A DNA stretch of 64,000 bases from Lysobacterales bacterium (lineage in GTDB: Bacteria > Pseudomonadota > Gammaproteobacteria > Xanthomonadales > SZUA-5), in assembly GCA_022844165.1 (NCBI GenBank), contig JALHMH010000026.1:1-64000 (forward strand), given 5' to 3'. Under the pieces are notes generated by a model. It was not told the origin of the DNA. It did no database searches and saw only the letters and a list, made by a program, of their open reading frames with translations. Each line of letters starts with the position of its first letter. Positions within the stretch are counted from its first letter, which is position 1. Position numbers and translations under genes: made by a program. Positions 19,721-29,555 of the stretch are shown here, one piece after another.

Positions 19721-20761
19721 TCAGATCAGAGCACCGCGCTTCGGGGGCGCGGGCGGAGCAGGTGGCGCTGGTGGTGCAGGCGGCGATGGCGGTGCCGGCG
19801 GCGCCGACATCCAAAAGACTTCATTGCGCTCGGGCAGCCTGACCTTAACCAGCTGCGGGATCCGTTCGCGCTGCACCTTCAGTTCTACCGGTTGTTCACC
19901 GCTGTGCCTGCGCAGCTCACGCAGCGCAGCGCGCGGATCATCCACTTTTTGTCCGTCAACTTCCAAAATGACGTCGCCGGCTTTGAGACCCTGATAGCTG
20001 GCGTCGACGTCCAGTACCAGCACACCCTCGCTGGTCCCGAAATACGCACCGAGGTCTTTATTCACACCCGATAAGCGCAGGCCGCGAGGATTGCCGATCG
20101 TCACCTCCAGACTGCGCGACGGGTCGAGTCCTGCAAGACCCTCCCTGGAGCGCAGCTCAACGATCTGCTCCACCCGTTTGCGCACATCGTCGGACAAATC
20201 CGAAACAAAGGGAAATTCGCCGCTTTGGAAGACGAATCCGTTTGGCAACGCGCTGGCAAACACTCGGAAATCGCCCGCGCGTTTCGCGATCACATTAGTC
20301 GTCTGGCGCTTGCCGTCGCGCAGATAAGTGAGCGGCACCGTATCACCGTCCTTGAGCCCTTTGAGCGCCTCCCTCAGCGTCTGTGCCGGATCCTCGCCAC
20401 CGAGTTGCGCGCCGCGCACGGCGACGACTTTATCGCCGGCGCGCAGACCCGCTTTGTCGGCCGGTCCATCGGGCGTTACACCCGTAATGCTGACGCCGTC
20501 GCGATCGCTTTCTCCCAGGATGACACCAACCACAGCGCGATCTGGATCGCTCAGGTGGCGAAACACCTGCACATTGGCTTGTTCGCCGCCGATGCGGCCC
20601 GAAATCTCCGCGATGCGCTTTGCTGCCTCTGCCAATTCAGCGCGCGCCTCCGCCAGTTCTTTGCGCGCAGCGGCAAGGTCCGTGTCATTGTTTTGCGCTG
20701 CCGCTGCGGTACACAGCGCCATCGCTACGGCCGCGGATAGCGGCAAACAGAATGTTTTCAT
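19721..20761 (-). CDS. Secreted tandem-PDZ-domain protein with Pro/Ala-rich tail
   Basis: Signal peptide, coiled coil, two PDZ motifs (GPADKAGLRAGDKV; GLKAGDVILEVDG), PPAPP repeats; no protease domain seen. Confidence 0.85.
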   Translation of the reverse strand: MKTFCLPLSAAVAMALCTAAAAQNNDTDLAAARKELAEARAELAEAAKRIAEISGRIGGEQANVQVFRHLSDPDRAVVGVILGESDRDGVSITGVTPDGPADKAGLRAGDKVVAVRGAQLGGEDPAQTLREALKGLKDGDTVPLTYLRDGKRQTTNVIAKRAGDFRVFASALPNGFVFQSGEFPFVSDLSDDVRKRVEQIVELRSREGLAGLDPSRSLEVTIGNPRGLRLSGVNKDLGAYFGTSEGVLVLDVDASYQGLKAGDVILEVDGQKVDDPRAALRELRRHSGEQPVELKVQRERIPQLVKVRLPERNEVFWMSAPPAPPSPPAPPAPPAPPAPPKRGALI

Positions 20762-20840
20762 ACTCTTGACTCCATAGGGTATCGCGCGGTCGTTTCGATG
20801 CGCGGCGTCGATCCTTCGTCGCCGCAACATCCCTTGCTGA

Positions 20841-21341
20841 TCAGTCCACGCTGGCCTGCATCAACAAGGTTCCGGTATCGGTTTGACTGACAGTGCGCAG
20901 CTCTTCGAGCAGGCGCACACGTTCGCTCCAGAGCGACTTGTCGGGTATCGGCACGGCCGCCAGACCGGCATCGATCAGCGCCAGTTCGTTCTGAATCGAG
21001 GCTTCGACGGCGTAACGAAATTCGTCCACATCGGGCGAGGCTGCCGTTCGGATGTCGCGTTCGAGCGCCTGGGATCGCTCGATCAGCGCCAAAACAGCCG
21101 GATCGATCGAGATCAGCCGTGGCGCGGTCGTCGGCGCTGGTTGGCCAAAAAGCAGCACCGCCGCAAGCCCGATGCTGGCCGCGAGTCCAAGCCAGGCGGT
21201 GGCATCAAAGCGTCGACGCCTTTCGCGTGGTGCGGCAAGCTCCAGCTGCGCGCGGATCATTTCGAAGCCGTTGCCTGGCGGTGTCGCGAGTGGCAACTCG
21301 CGTAACTTCTGGCTCAACACGGTATCGGTGCCGGGTTCCAT
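20841..21341 (-). CDS. Putative single-TM anti-sigma factor
   Basis: Overlaps the ECF sigma gene end; central TM WLGLAASIGLAAVLLF preceded by a basic stretch. Confidence 0.7.
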   Translation of the reverse strand: MEPGTDTVLSQKLRELPLATPPGNGFEMIRAQLELAAPRERRRRFDATAWLGLAASIGLAAVLLFGQPAPTTAPRLISIDPAVLALIERSQALERDIRTAASPDVDEFRYAVEASIQNELALIDAGLAAVPIPDKSLWSERVRLLEELRTVSQTDTGTLLMQASVD

Positions 21342-21871
21342 TTTTCGTCCTCTGCGAGCAGCACACGCAGTCTTGCGCCAGCTCTCGCGACTTGTGATTT
21401 GGAAAAACTCACGGTGCGGTCGAAACACTGCGCGACTTCTTCGTGCGTATAGCCCTCGACGTGGTAGAGCCAAAGCACCGCCCGGGACGTACCTGGCAGC
21501 TGCTGCAACAACTCGATCAGCTCTGCGTGCGTCGCGTGCTGCAACGGATCTGCAGCGTCGATCTGCGGCGAACTCTCCAGTTCCGCAAACTCGCGCCGCC
21601 CACGAACACGCATCAGCGCGACGTTGACTGCGATCTTACGCAACCATGCCCAAAACGGCGCATCGAAACGGTACGAATCCAACTGCTCGTATACCTTCAA
21701 GAACGTGTCCTGCAGCGCGTCAAAGGCTTCGCTTTCCTGTCCCAGGATGCGCAACGCGAGGGTGTACACCGGCCGATTGAACTGCCGATACAACTCCTCG
21801 AAAGCCCCCAGGTCTCGCCGACGCGCCCTTGCGATCAGTACATCGGGGATGTCGATGGCAAAGGCGCTCAT
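21314..21871 (-). CDS. ECF RNA polymerase sigma factor
   Basis: AFEELY, DALQDTFLK, WLRKIAVN, region 4 LYHVEGYTHEEVA...SKSQVARA. Confidence 0.92.
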   Translation of the reverse strand: MSAFAIDIPDVLIARARRRDLGAFEELYRQFNRPVYTLALRILGQESEAFDALQDTFLKVYEQLDSYRFDAPFWAWLRKIAVNVALMRVRGRREFAELESSPQIDAADPLQHATHAELIELLQQLPGTSRAVLWLYHVEGYTHEEVAQCFDRTVSFSKSQVARAGARLRVLLAEDEKWNPAPIPC

Positions 21872-22228
21872 GGCTCGACCGGGTGAGCAACGCAATTCCG
21901 AGGAACCTCAGATTGCCCCAGGCGCAGGTCAAAAGGCACACTTTTCAAAGGCACGACCATCCGCATTGCCCATTTTTCAGAGAAAAGATGCAGCAAAGGC
22001 CGCCTGGGTCGCACCGCATCCATTGGATTTGCAATACGTTGCGATGCTGTGCCATGCAGCGGCGCGCCGCACGCGCACCAGGACGCCCAGGATCGATCCC
22101 ATGAACTGCGAAACACCTCACCGGGCGACTCCCGCCGCCGCCGACATGGTGGGATGCGCCTACGAAGGCTTGCGCAGACCCGCTTTCGCCGGGATAGTGT
22201 CGGCATTGAGTCCTTGAGGGAACCATCA

Positions 22229-22960
22229 ATGATCTTCCAAAAGCTGTGGTCTTCGTTCCGGGCGCAAATGAACAAGCTTGCCAACTTCTTTTGGGAGGCC
22301 GATCCAATTGCTCAGATGCGCTACGAGTACGATCGTTCTGTCGAAGAGCTGAAGCAGGGTCGTGTCGGTTTGGAGCAGTACCGCGCGCTGGTAGAGCGCG
22401 TTTCGCGCCAGGTCAAAGAGGGCGAACGCCATGTCGCACAGCTCGAAGCACAAGCCAAGGCGTACCTAAAGGCGGGCGATCGCGCGACCGCGGCCAAGTT
22501 CGCGCTGGAAATGGAAAAGGCGAAGAAAGATCTTGCCGCCAACAACGAGCAGTTGGCGATGCACGAGGAGAGCTACAACAACAATCTGAAGAAGATCCAG
22601 CACGCCACCAAGAAACTCGGTGAGGTGCGCAGCAAGATTCAGAAATACGACGCCGAGATCAAGATGAGTGAGGCGGAGGCGGAGGTCGCCAAACTGTCCG
22701 AGAGCTTCAATTTCAACGTCACAACCGACTTCGGCCAGTTGGAGCAGGTGGTGCAGGAACGCATCGACAAAAACCGCGGCGCCGTGCGCGTTGCCGCCGA
22801 TCTGTCTGAGCGCGGCGTTGCTGACATCAAGGCCGAAGAAGCGATGGAATCGCAAATGGCCGACGACGCCCTCAAGCGAATGGAAATGAGTCTGGGTCTG
22901 GTGACACCAGAGACTACGCAGACGGCGCCCGTACAGAAAGAACTGGGGCCTGCGCAGTAG
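22229..22960 (+). CDS. PspA/IM30 (ESCRT-III-like) family protein
   Basis: Start MIFQKLWSSFRAQ after GAGGGA; N-terminal amphipathic helix, DPIAQM, long coiled coil with AKAYLKAGDRATAAKFA, typical of PspA. Confidence 0.8.
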   Translation: MIFQKLWSSFRAQMNKLANFFWEADPIAQMRYEYDRSVEELKQGRVGLEQYRALVERVSRQVKEGERHVAQLEAQAKAYLKAGDRATAAKFALEMEKAKKDLAANNEQLAMHEESYNNNLKKIQHATKKLGEVRSKIQKYDAEIKMSEAEAEVAKLSESFNFNVTTDFGQLEQVVQERIDKNRGAVRVAADLSERGVADIKAEEAMESQMADDALKRMEMSLGLVTPETTQTAPVQKELGPAQ

Positions 22961-23064
22961 GCCTCGCCAGCTTTGGCTTTGGTCAAGCTATTCCTATCAC
23001 CCTTCGATTCGGCGCGGCCGCGCGCGATTCGGGACCCTGGAACGAATAATCGAGAACACATGCC

Positions 23065-24807
23065 ATGAACGGACAACCCAAGCCAGGCTTTTACTTTGTC
23101 GTCCTGCTGGTCATCTTAGGGCTCATCGGTTACGCCATGTATCGGCTGAAAGCGCCGTCGGCGGGCGATGAAGGCACCGTGATCAGCCAGCCAGCCGACA
23201 CCGATGTCGCGTCGCAGGACACGGTCCCGGTCGACGAAAGCGGCGCCGAAGCGCCGGACAGTGCCGGCATTACCACGGTGAAGGAATACGCTTACGTGCC
23301 CAGCCAAAAGCTGCCGGACGTCAAGGGCGTATCCAACTACTCGCCGATGCAGGAACGCACCGTGCGTTTTGCGATCAATGTCTGGGCTGGCTGGGCGCCG
23401 ATCGTCCATGCCAACGGTGGATTCAAGGCCAATAAAACCTGGACCGCGCCGGGTGGTCAGCCGTTCAAGGTGGAACTGGTATTGATCGACGATCCGGTGG
23501 CGATGCGCGATGCGTATGCCGCAGGCGATGTCCATATCGGTTGGGCGACCGTCGATATGTTGCCGCTGTTGCTCGAGTCGCTGCAGAAAGATTCGCGCGT
23601 GATGCCCCGCGTTTTTCAGCAAGTCGACTGGTCCAACGGTGGCGACGGCATTGTCGTGCGCGAATCGATCAAAACAGCATCGGATCTGCGCGGCAAGACC
23701 GTGGTTCTGGCGCAAAACTCGCCCTCGCACTTTTTCGCGTTGAACATGTTGATCAATTCCGGCGTGGAACCGGCCGAAGTCGATTTCCGTTTCACCAACA
23801 CCGCGTTCGAAGCAGCAGCTGCTTTTAACGCCGACAAAAAAATCGCGGGCGTCGTGTCGTGGGCGCCGGACATCTACAACCTGTCGGACGTCAAGGGCAA
23901 CAAGCTGCTGGTGTCCACCTCTACAGCCAACAAGCTGATCGCGGATGTCTGGTTTGCGCGTGCCGATTTCGCCAAAGACAACCGCGACATCATGGAAGGT
24001 TTGGTGCGCGGCATCTTCGATGCCATGGCCGACTTGGAGAATCAGGAGTCCAAGCAGAAGGTGGCAACGCTTCTGGCCGAGGGCTTTTCGCTGCCGCCAG
24101 CCGACGCGCTGGGTATGTTGGCCGATGCTTATTCGACCAATTTTGCCGATAACCGCGAGTTCTTTTTGAACCGCAACAACCCGACCAACTTCGAGCGCAC
24201 GTTCAACACGGCCTACGTGATGTACCGCAAGATCGGCGCGGTCAGCTCGCGCGTCGGTTTCGATCAAATCGTCGACTTTTCGATCCTGCAAAAACTGCAG
24301 AACGAGCCGAAGTACGCCAACCAGACGAGCAACTACGGCATCAATTTCGCGCCGATGAGCGCCAGCGCCATCCAGAGCGAAAGCCCGGAGATTCTGACCA
24401 AGACCGTGGTCATTCACTTTTTCCCGAATTCCTGGGACTTGTTCAAGAAGGTCGTGAAGGACAAAAACGGCAAGAGTGTCGAGGAGTTTTATGATCCAAA
24501 CGTCGATTTTGTGCTTGAGGAGATCGCCAAGCTGGCGGGTTCCTACGGCGCCGCGCGTATCGTGATCGAGGGCCACACCGACGGTTCCATGCGCGGGCAG
24601 GTGCCGGATTCGGCGGTCCGGGAGCTGTCCAGCAACCGCGCCAACGCGGTCAAGCAAGAGTTGCTGCGTAAGTTCCCGTCAATGGATCCGAATCAGTTCT
24701 CCGCACAAGGAATGGGCTGGGCGCGACCCGCGGATGTCAGCGATAGCGACAACCATGCCAAAAATCGCCGGGTCGAGGTCAAGGTTTATCCGTTGGAGAG
24801 CCAATAG
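23065..24807 (+). CDS. Single-TM NMT1/SsuA-like solute-binding domain fused to OmpA-like peptidoglycan-binding domain
   Basis: N-terminal TM; SBP motifs WAGWAP, VDWSNGGDGIV, DLRGKTV and VSWAP; C-terminal IEGHTD...LSSNRANAVK...NRRVEV. Confidence 0.85.
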   Translation: MNGQPKPGFYFVVLLVILGLIGYAMYRLKAPSAGDEGTVISQPADTDVASQDTVPVDESGAEAPDSAGITTVKEYAYVPSQKLPDVKGVSNYSPMQERTVRFAINVWAGWAPIVHANGGFKANKTWTAPGGQPFKVELVLIDDPVAMRDAYAAGDVHIGWATVDMLPLLLESLQKDSRVMPRVFQQVDWSNGGDGIVVRESIKTASDLRGKTVVLAQNSPSHFFALNMLINSGVEPAEVDFRFTNTAFEAAAAFNADKKIAGVVSWAPDIYNLSDVKGNKLLVSTSTANKLIADVWFARADFAKDNRDIMEGLVRGIFDAMADLENQESKQKVATLLAEGFSLPPADALGMLADAYSTNFADNREFFLNRNNPTNFERTFNTAYVMYRKIGAVSSRVGFDQIVDFSILQKLQNEPKYANQTSNYGINFAPMSASAIQSESPEILTKTVVIHFFPNSWDLFKKVVKDKNGKSVEEFYDPNVDFVLEEIAKLAGSYGAARIVIEGHTDGSMRGQVPDSAVRELSSNRANAVKQELLRKFPSMDPNQFSAQGMGWARPADVSDSDNHAKNRRVEVKVYPLESQ

Positions 24808-24854
24808 GTCGCCGGTGCGCGGGCCTCTTGCCCGCACAGCGACGGTTGGCCGCA

Positions 24855-25511
24855 ATGCGCCCTGACACTGGATTTCTGATCGCCATCGAGGGCATTGATG
24901 GCGCAGGCAAATCGACGCAGATCCGCGCGCTTGCAGAGATCCTGCGCGCGCTGGGTCATGAGGTCGTGGTCAGTCGCGAACCCACCTATGGCCAGCACGG
25001 CAAACAGCTGCGCGACAGCGCAGCCTCTGGCCGATTGACTGCGAGCGAAGAACACCGCCTGCTATTGCTCGACCGTCGCGAGCACATCGATACGCTGGTG
25101 GGCCCGGCGCTCGATCGTGGCGCCATCGTGCTGCTCGATCGCTACTATTTTTCGAGCATCGCTTATCAAGGCGCTGCCGGTCTCGACCCGGAGACCATTC
25201 GCCGCGACAACGAAGTCTTCGCGCCGAAACCGAACCTGTTGGTGATCTTCGATCTGCCCGTTCAAGACGGCCTCGAACGCATCGCCGCACGCGGCGAACA
25301 GCCAAATGCCTTCGAGGCGACCGCTACCTTGGAACGTTGCCGCGCCCGTTTTCTGGCGATGCTCGATCTGCCATTCGCGCGACGCGTCGATGCCACACAA
25401 TCCCCCGATCAGGTCCGCGAGCAACTCGTCGCCCTGGTACTCGCCGCCTTGGCCGATCGCCTTGTCGCCAGCGCCCCCCAGGCAACGCATGATTCGCGAG
25501 GGAACGCCTGA
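24855..25511 (+). CDS. tmk: Thymidylate (dTMP) kinase family protein
   Basis: IEGIDGAGKSTQ P-loop, REP, LLDRYYFSSIAYQG. Confidence 0.88.
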   Translation: MRPDTGFLIAIEGIDGAGKSTQIRALAEILRALGHEVVVSREPTYGQHGKQLRDSAASGRLTASEEHRLLLLDRREHIDTLVGPALDRGAIVLLDRYYFSSIAYQGAAGLDPETIRRDNEVFAPKPNLLVIFDLPVQDGLERIAARGEQPNAFEATATLERCRARFLAMLDLPFARRVDATQSPDQVREQLVALVLAALADRLVASAPQATHDSRGNA

Positions 25512-25681
25512 GCTCGCGAGCAGTATCGCGCCGAGGGCGACTGCAGTGGGCCAGGCGAACATCGTCCCCGAGATTCCCGAGCCTTTGCCAGATGCCGGCG
25601 CAACTCTCTGGCGAGCCATCGCAGTGAGACAATCGACGCTCCGGCGCCTCCTGAAATCGGCAATCGGCGAAGGAGGCATCG

Positions 25682-26668
25682 ATGGGCGTCATGACTGCTT
25701 TGGATGTTGTGTTGGGGATGTGTTTCATCTTCATGCTGTTCGCACTCATCGCTTCGGCGGTCAACGAGGCGATCGCAGCGCTGCTCGATAGTCGTGCGAA
25801 GCACCTGAGGCACGGGCTTGTTCGCCTATTCGCGAACCCGGAGATCGTCAAGGAGCTGAAGGCGAAATCGCGCATTGGATACCTGTTTTCGGACGAAAAG
25901 GCGACCTTGCCGCCCAGTTTTCTCCCGGCAAGAGAACTCTTGTCCGCAGTGATCGACTTTTCCAAACCAACGAGTCTCGCGCAGCAAATCGAAGCGCTGC
26001 CCGACTCACCAATGAAGCGCACGCTCGTCGAGATCGGCCAGACCACGCAACACGAGTGGTCCAGATTCCAGGCCGCTTTTGAGCTATGGCACCTGAATTT
26101 CGAATCGCAAGTGAGAAGTTGGTATCGCCGCAAAACGCATGCGGTGCTGTTCGGCATCTCGCTCGCGATGGCGGTGGCGTTCAACATCGATGCACTGAGC
26201 CTGATTGGACACTTGGGCGCAAATCCGGACGCGCGCGCAGCGCTCGTCGCGCGCGCCGTCGCTGTCGATGGTCCCATCGGTGGTGCGGCAGCCGAGCAAT
26301 TCCGGGCTGCTCAGACCGAATGGGCGGAAGCCAACAGGATCCTGGATCAAGCAAACAATGCATCGGAACGCTCTGCGGCGATCAATGCGCTCGAAGAGAG
26401 CGAAACGCGAATGGTCGACGCTGGCAAGGCGCTGCACGAACGCTTCTCGGAAGAATTGGCCTTTGTCGACGCCCACTTGCCGCTCGGCTGGACCCGCGCC
26501 GAATGGGTGCGCGTGCGCGGTGACGCCTGTTTGATTTTGGCTAAGTCGCTCGGCTTGCTTTTCAGTGCGTTTGCCATCGCGCTGGGCAGTCCGTTTTGGT
26601 TCGACCTGCTAAAGAAAGTCACATCGATCCGCGCTGTCGGTCGATCGCCATCCGATCAGTCCAGGTAA
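25682..26668 (+). CDS. Uncharacterised multi-pass membrane protein
   Basis: RBS GAAGGAGG; three hydrophobic segments; motifs WYRRK, FNIDAL, LPLGW and LGSPFWFDLL. Confidence 0.8.
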   Translation: MGVMTALDVVLGMCFIFMLFALIASAVNEAIAALLDSRAKHLRHGLVRLFANPEIVKELKAKSRIGYLFSDEKATLPPSFLPARELLSAVIDFSKPTSLAQQIEALPDSPMKRTLVEIGQTTQHEWSRFQAAFELWHLNFESQVRSWYRRKTHAVLFGISLAMAVAFNIDALSLIGHLGANPDARAALVARAVAVDGPIGGAAAEQFRAAQTEWAEANRILDQANNASERSAAINALEESETRMVDAGKALHERFSEELAFVDAHLPLGWTRAEWVRVRGDACLILAKSLGLLFSAFAIALGSPFWFDLLKKVTSIRAVGRSPSDQSR

Positions 26669-26733
26669 TCACAATGCCAACTCCCCGTCCATTGGGCGAT
26701 GCCGAGATCGACGGACAAGTACCGGTGCCACCG

Positions 26734-28086
26734 TCAGCTCAACGCAGGGCCAGTGCGCGACCAGCGACCCGAAAGCACCACGAACCGCCAGTTCAGCAAC
26801 AGCGCTGCAACACTCAACCCGGCGATAAAGCCGATCCACAAACCGGGGCCGCCCAGACCGGTGCCAAAGCCCAGGTACCACGCCAGCGGAAAGCCCACGC
26901 CCCAATACGCGAATGCGGTCACGAACATCGGTACGGTGGTGTCTTTGAGGCCACGCAAAGCGCCGGCGCCGACGACCTGGATGCCATCGGACATTTGAAA
27001 AATGCCGGCCAGGAACATCAGTTGCACAACCAGCGGAATCAGCTCTGGGGCATCGGGGGCATACAGGCGCGTGATTTGTGCGGCGAAGACGAACATGACG
27101 GTCGCCGAGACCAACTGCGTGCCAAACGCCAACGTCAACCCAGACGCCGCAGCGCGGCGCACACCGGCCCGGTCTTCCGCGCCACGCGCGTGACCGACGC
27201 GCACCGTGACGGCTTGCGCCAGCCCGAGCGGGATCATGAAGGCGACCGACGCCACGTTGATTGCGATCTGGTGCGCAGCTGCCCAGTCGCCGCCGATACG
27301 GCCCATCAACAGCGCGACGACGATGAACAGACCGCCCTCCATCTGCCAGGCAAATGCCATCGGCAGCCCCAGCTTCAGCAACGCCCCGATGGGTTCAGCT
27401 TGCGGGCGATCCATCGCGAACACCGTTCCATGCCGGTTGAAGTATTCGGCGCGCGCCACGTAAATCGCCAATCCCAGGGTCTGGAGCCATAACACCAACG
27501 CGGTTGCCAGTCCCAACCCGAAGGTGCCGAGCGTCGGCAGTGGCCCCCAGCCGAAGGCCAATGCGGTCGCCAGCGGAATCAGCGCAAGCAAACCAGAGAA
27601 GGCCGCGACCATGCCCGGTTTGGTGCGCCCCATGCCGTCGCAAAAGCCGCGCAGCGCGAAAAATCCCGCCAACGCGGGCCCACCGAAACCAACGCCAAAC
27701 AAGAAGTCGCGCGCATGCGGATACAGCTTGGCGTCGATACCTACCCACTGCAGCAACAAACTCCCGGACCAGCAAATCGCAGTGACCACCAACCCAAGGC
27801 CAAGTGCGATCCACCACGCCTGGCGGACACGCGGCGCGATCTCGCCGAAGCGGCGCGCGCCGTAGAGCTGCGCGACCGTGGGCGTGACTGCGCCCAACGT
27901 GCCAATGCACAACAGCAGTGCAAAGCTGTAGACGGCTGCACCAACCGCCACACCGCCGAGCTGCGCCGCACCGAGACGTCCGGCGATCAGACTGTCGACG
28001 ACGTTCATGCCCATCGACGAGAGCTGCCCGATGATCAGCGGCAAAGCCAGTTTCAGCGTGTGGTGCAGGTCGCGGAGTCTGGTCAA
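26734..28086 (-). CDS. MATE family efflux transporter (NorM-like)
   Basis: LALPLIIGQL, MNVVDS, AAHQIAIN, DGIQVVGAGALRGLKDT; about 12 TM. Confidence 0.93.
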   Translation of the reverse strand: MTRLRDLHHTLKLALPLIIGQLSSMGMNVVDSLIAGRLGAAQLGGVAVGAAVYSFALLLCIGTLGAVTPTVAQLYGARRFGEIAPRVRQAWWIALGLGLVVTAICWSGSLLLQWVGIDAKLYPHARDFLFGVGFGGPALAGFFALRGFCDGMGRTKPGMVAAFSGLLALIPLATALAFGWGPLPTLGTFGLGLATALVLWLQTLGLAIYVARAEYFNRHGTVFAMDRPQAEPIGALLKLGLPMAFAWQMEGGLFIVVALLMGRIGGDWAAAHQIAINVASVAFMIPLGLAQAVTVRVGHARGAEDRAGVRRAAASGLTLAFGTQLVSATVMFVFAAQITRLYAPDAPELIPLVVQLMFLAGIFQMSDGIQVVGAGALRGLKDTTVPMFVTAFAYWGVGFPLAWYLGFGTGLGGPGLWIGFIAGLSVAALLLNWRFVVLSGRWSRTGPALS

Positions 28087-28134
28087 GATCTGTCGCCAAA
28101 TTGTCGAAGTCGCGCGTTTCGGGTAACAACGCCA

Positions 28135-28911
28135 TCAAAACCCATAGCGCAAAAACCCGCCGTCCACGGCGATGGTCTCACCCGTGATGTAACTGGCGGC
28201 CGGCAAACACAGAAAAACCGCGGCCGCGGCGACTTCGCCGGGTTCGCCGACGCGACCCAGCGGCGTGCGCTCAAGGACGGCATCAAGGTACTCCGCATCC
28301 GCCAGTGCTTCGGCTGTGCGTCGAGTTCGGATATACCACGGCGCGATGGCATTGACGCGTATCCCATCGGCGCCCCATTCGCAGGCAAGGTTACGCGTCA
28401 ATTGTGTCAGCGCGGCCTTGCTGGCACCGTAAGCCGGGCCGGTGCGCACATGCGTCAAGCCCGACACTGAGCCGATGTTAACGATGCTACTGGCGGCATG
28501 CGTGGTCAGCAGAGGATGTAACAACCGGCTCAAAGCAAACGGCGCAATGTAGTTCAATTCCATGACCTGCCGGACGTCGCCATCATCGAGGGCAAGCGTT
28601 GGCTTACGCACATTAATGCCGGCGTTGTTGACCAGGATCGACGGCGTTAAGCCGAGATCGTTGATCCAGTCGATGACCTCGAGTCGCTGCTCTGCATCGC
28701 CAATATCGCCGGCAAAGGCCAACACTTCGCGGGCGGCGAACGTCTCGGCCAATTCCGCGCGAATATTCTCCAGATGGTCCGCGTCGCGCGCGACCAGCAA
28801 TACGTCGGCGCCGAGCGCCAACATCTCTTCGGCGCACGCCAGACCGATGCCTCGCGATGCGCCTGTGATCAATGCGATCTGACCGTCCAGGCGCCAGCGG
28901 TTCAGCGCCAT
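28135..28911 (-). CDS. SDR oxidoreductase (tropinone-reductase-like)
   Basis: [28 protein letters not shown]. Confidence 0.92.
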   Translation of the reverse strand: MALNRWRLDGQIALITGASRGIGLACAEEMLALGADVLLVARDADHLENIRAELAETFAAREVLAFAGDIGDAEQRLEVIDWINDLGLTPSILVNNAGINVRKPTLALDDGDVRQVMELNYIAPFALSRLLHPLLTTHAASSIVNIGSVSGLTHVRTGPAYGASKAALTQLTRNLACEWGADGIRVNAIAPWYIRTRRTAEALADAEYLDAVLERTPLGRVGEPGEVAAAAVFLCLPAASYITGETIAVDGGFLRYGF

Positions 28912-29426
28912 TTTTCGACCGCCGCAACACCACGCAATGCCTCAATGTCGTTTTCGCGCTGCCGGGCGTCGAAGCGCAAACCTGCTGCTTCGTCCTCGAG
29001 ATTGCGGCGCTCGGGTGCATCGGCGGCCAGCGCAGCCAGCTTCGCTTCGGCTTCCGTTGCTCTTGCCATCAGCGCATCGCGTTGTGCGATTTGACCCTGC
29101 AACAACTGACCGGTCTCGAACGCCCGTCTGGCCTCTTCTTGCGAAACCGCGGGGCAGAGATTGATATCGAACGGACCGCGATCCAGGCCCCGCGCGAATG
29201 CGACGGTGCCGCCACAAAGACGCGCCAGCCCCGCTTCACGCCCCGCGCCATAGGCTCGGAGATCTGCGGCATCCAACTCGCAGGTCTGGTTCGGCAAACT
29301 GGCCGGCGCCGCGCGCAATGCCTCGTTGCGACCAAAGCTGGCCAAATCCGGCGGACACCCGCTCCGCTCCCTGGGCTGGCAGGCGCCCAGGAGCAACAAC
29401 AAGAAAATCGATACTCGCATAGTCAT
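28902..29426 (-). CDS. Lipoprotein, DUF2799-like
   Basis: Lipobox LLGAC; Cys pattern and [13 protein letters not shown] resemble DUF2799; coiled-coil C-terminus. Confidence 0.65.
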   Translation of the reverse strand: MTMRVSIFLLLLLGACQPRERSGCPPDLASFGRNEALRAAPASLPNQTCELDAADLRAYGAGREAGLARLCGGTVAFARGLDRGPFDINLCPAVSQEEARRAFETGQLLQGQIAQRDALMARATEAEAKLAALAADAPERRNLEDEAAGLRFDARQRENDIEALRGVAAVEKWR

Positions 29427-29555
29427 CTCGATGGGCTTTGGCCGATGCACGCAAGTGAGCTGGCGCTTGCAGTGACACTGTAGCTTAGCGAATGCTGCGC
29501 TTCGGCGTCTGCGGTCCCGATGCCGCATATCGAAATCAGAATCAGGCCACCGCCA

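Noticed and set aside
21940-22060. Possible sigma54 promoter near the PspA gene (GGCAC motifs)
   Set aside because: GG-to-GC spacing is 9 or 11 nt, not the required 10, and no pspF-like activator is nearby.
23116-24657. 513-aa minus-strand ORF
   Set aside because: Antisense to the SBP-OmpA gene; no independent coding signal.
23065-26668. MotAB/ZorAB-like stator (single-TM OmpA protein + 3-TM protein)
   Set aside because: The TM helix of the OmpA fusion lacks the essential Asp, a large SBP domain intervenes, and the 3-TM protein shows no MotA motifs I can recognise.
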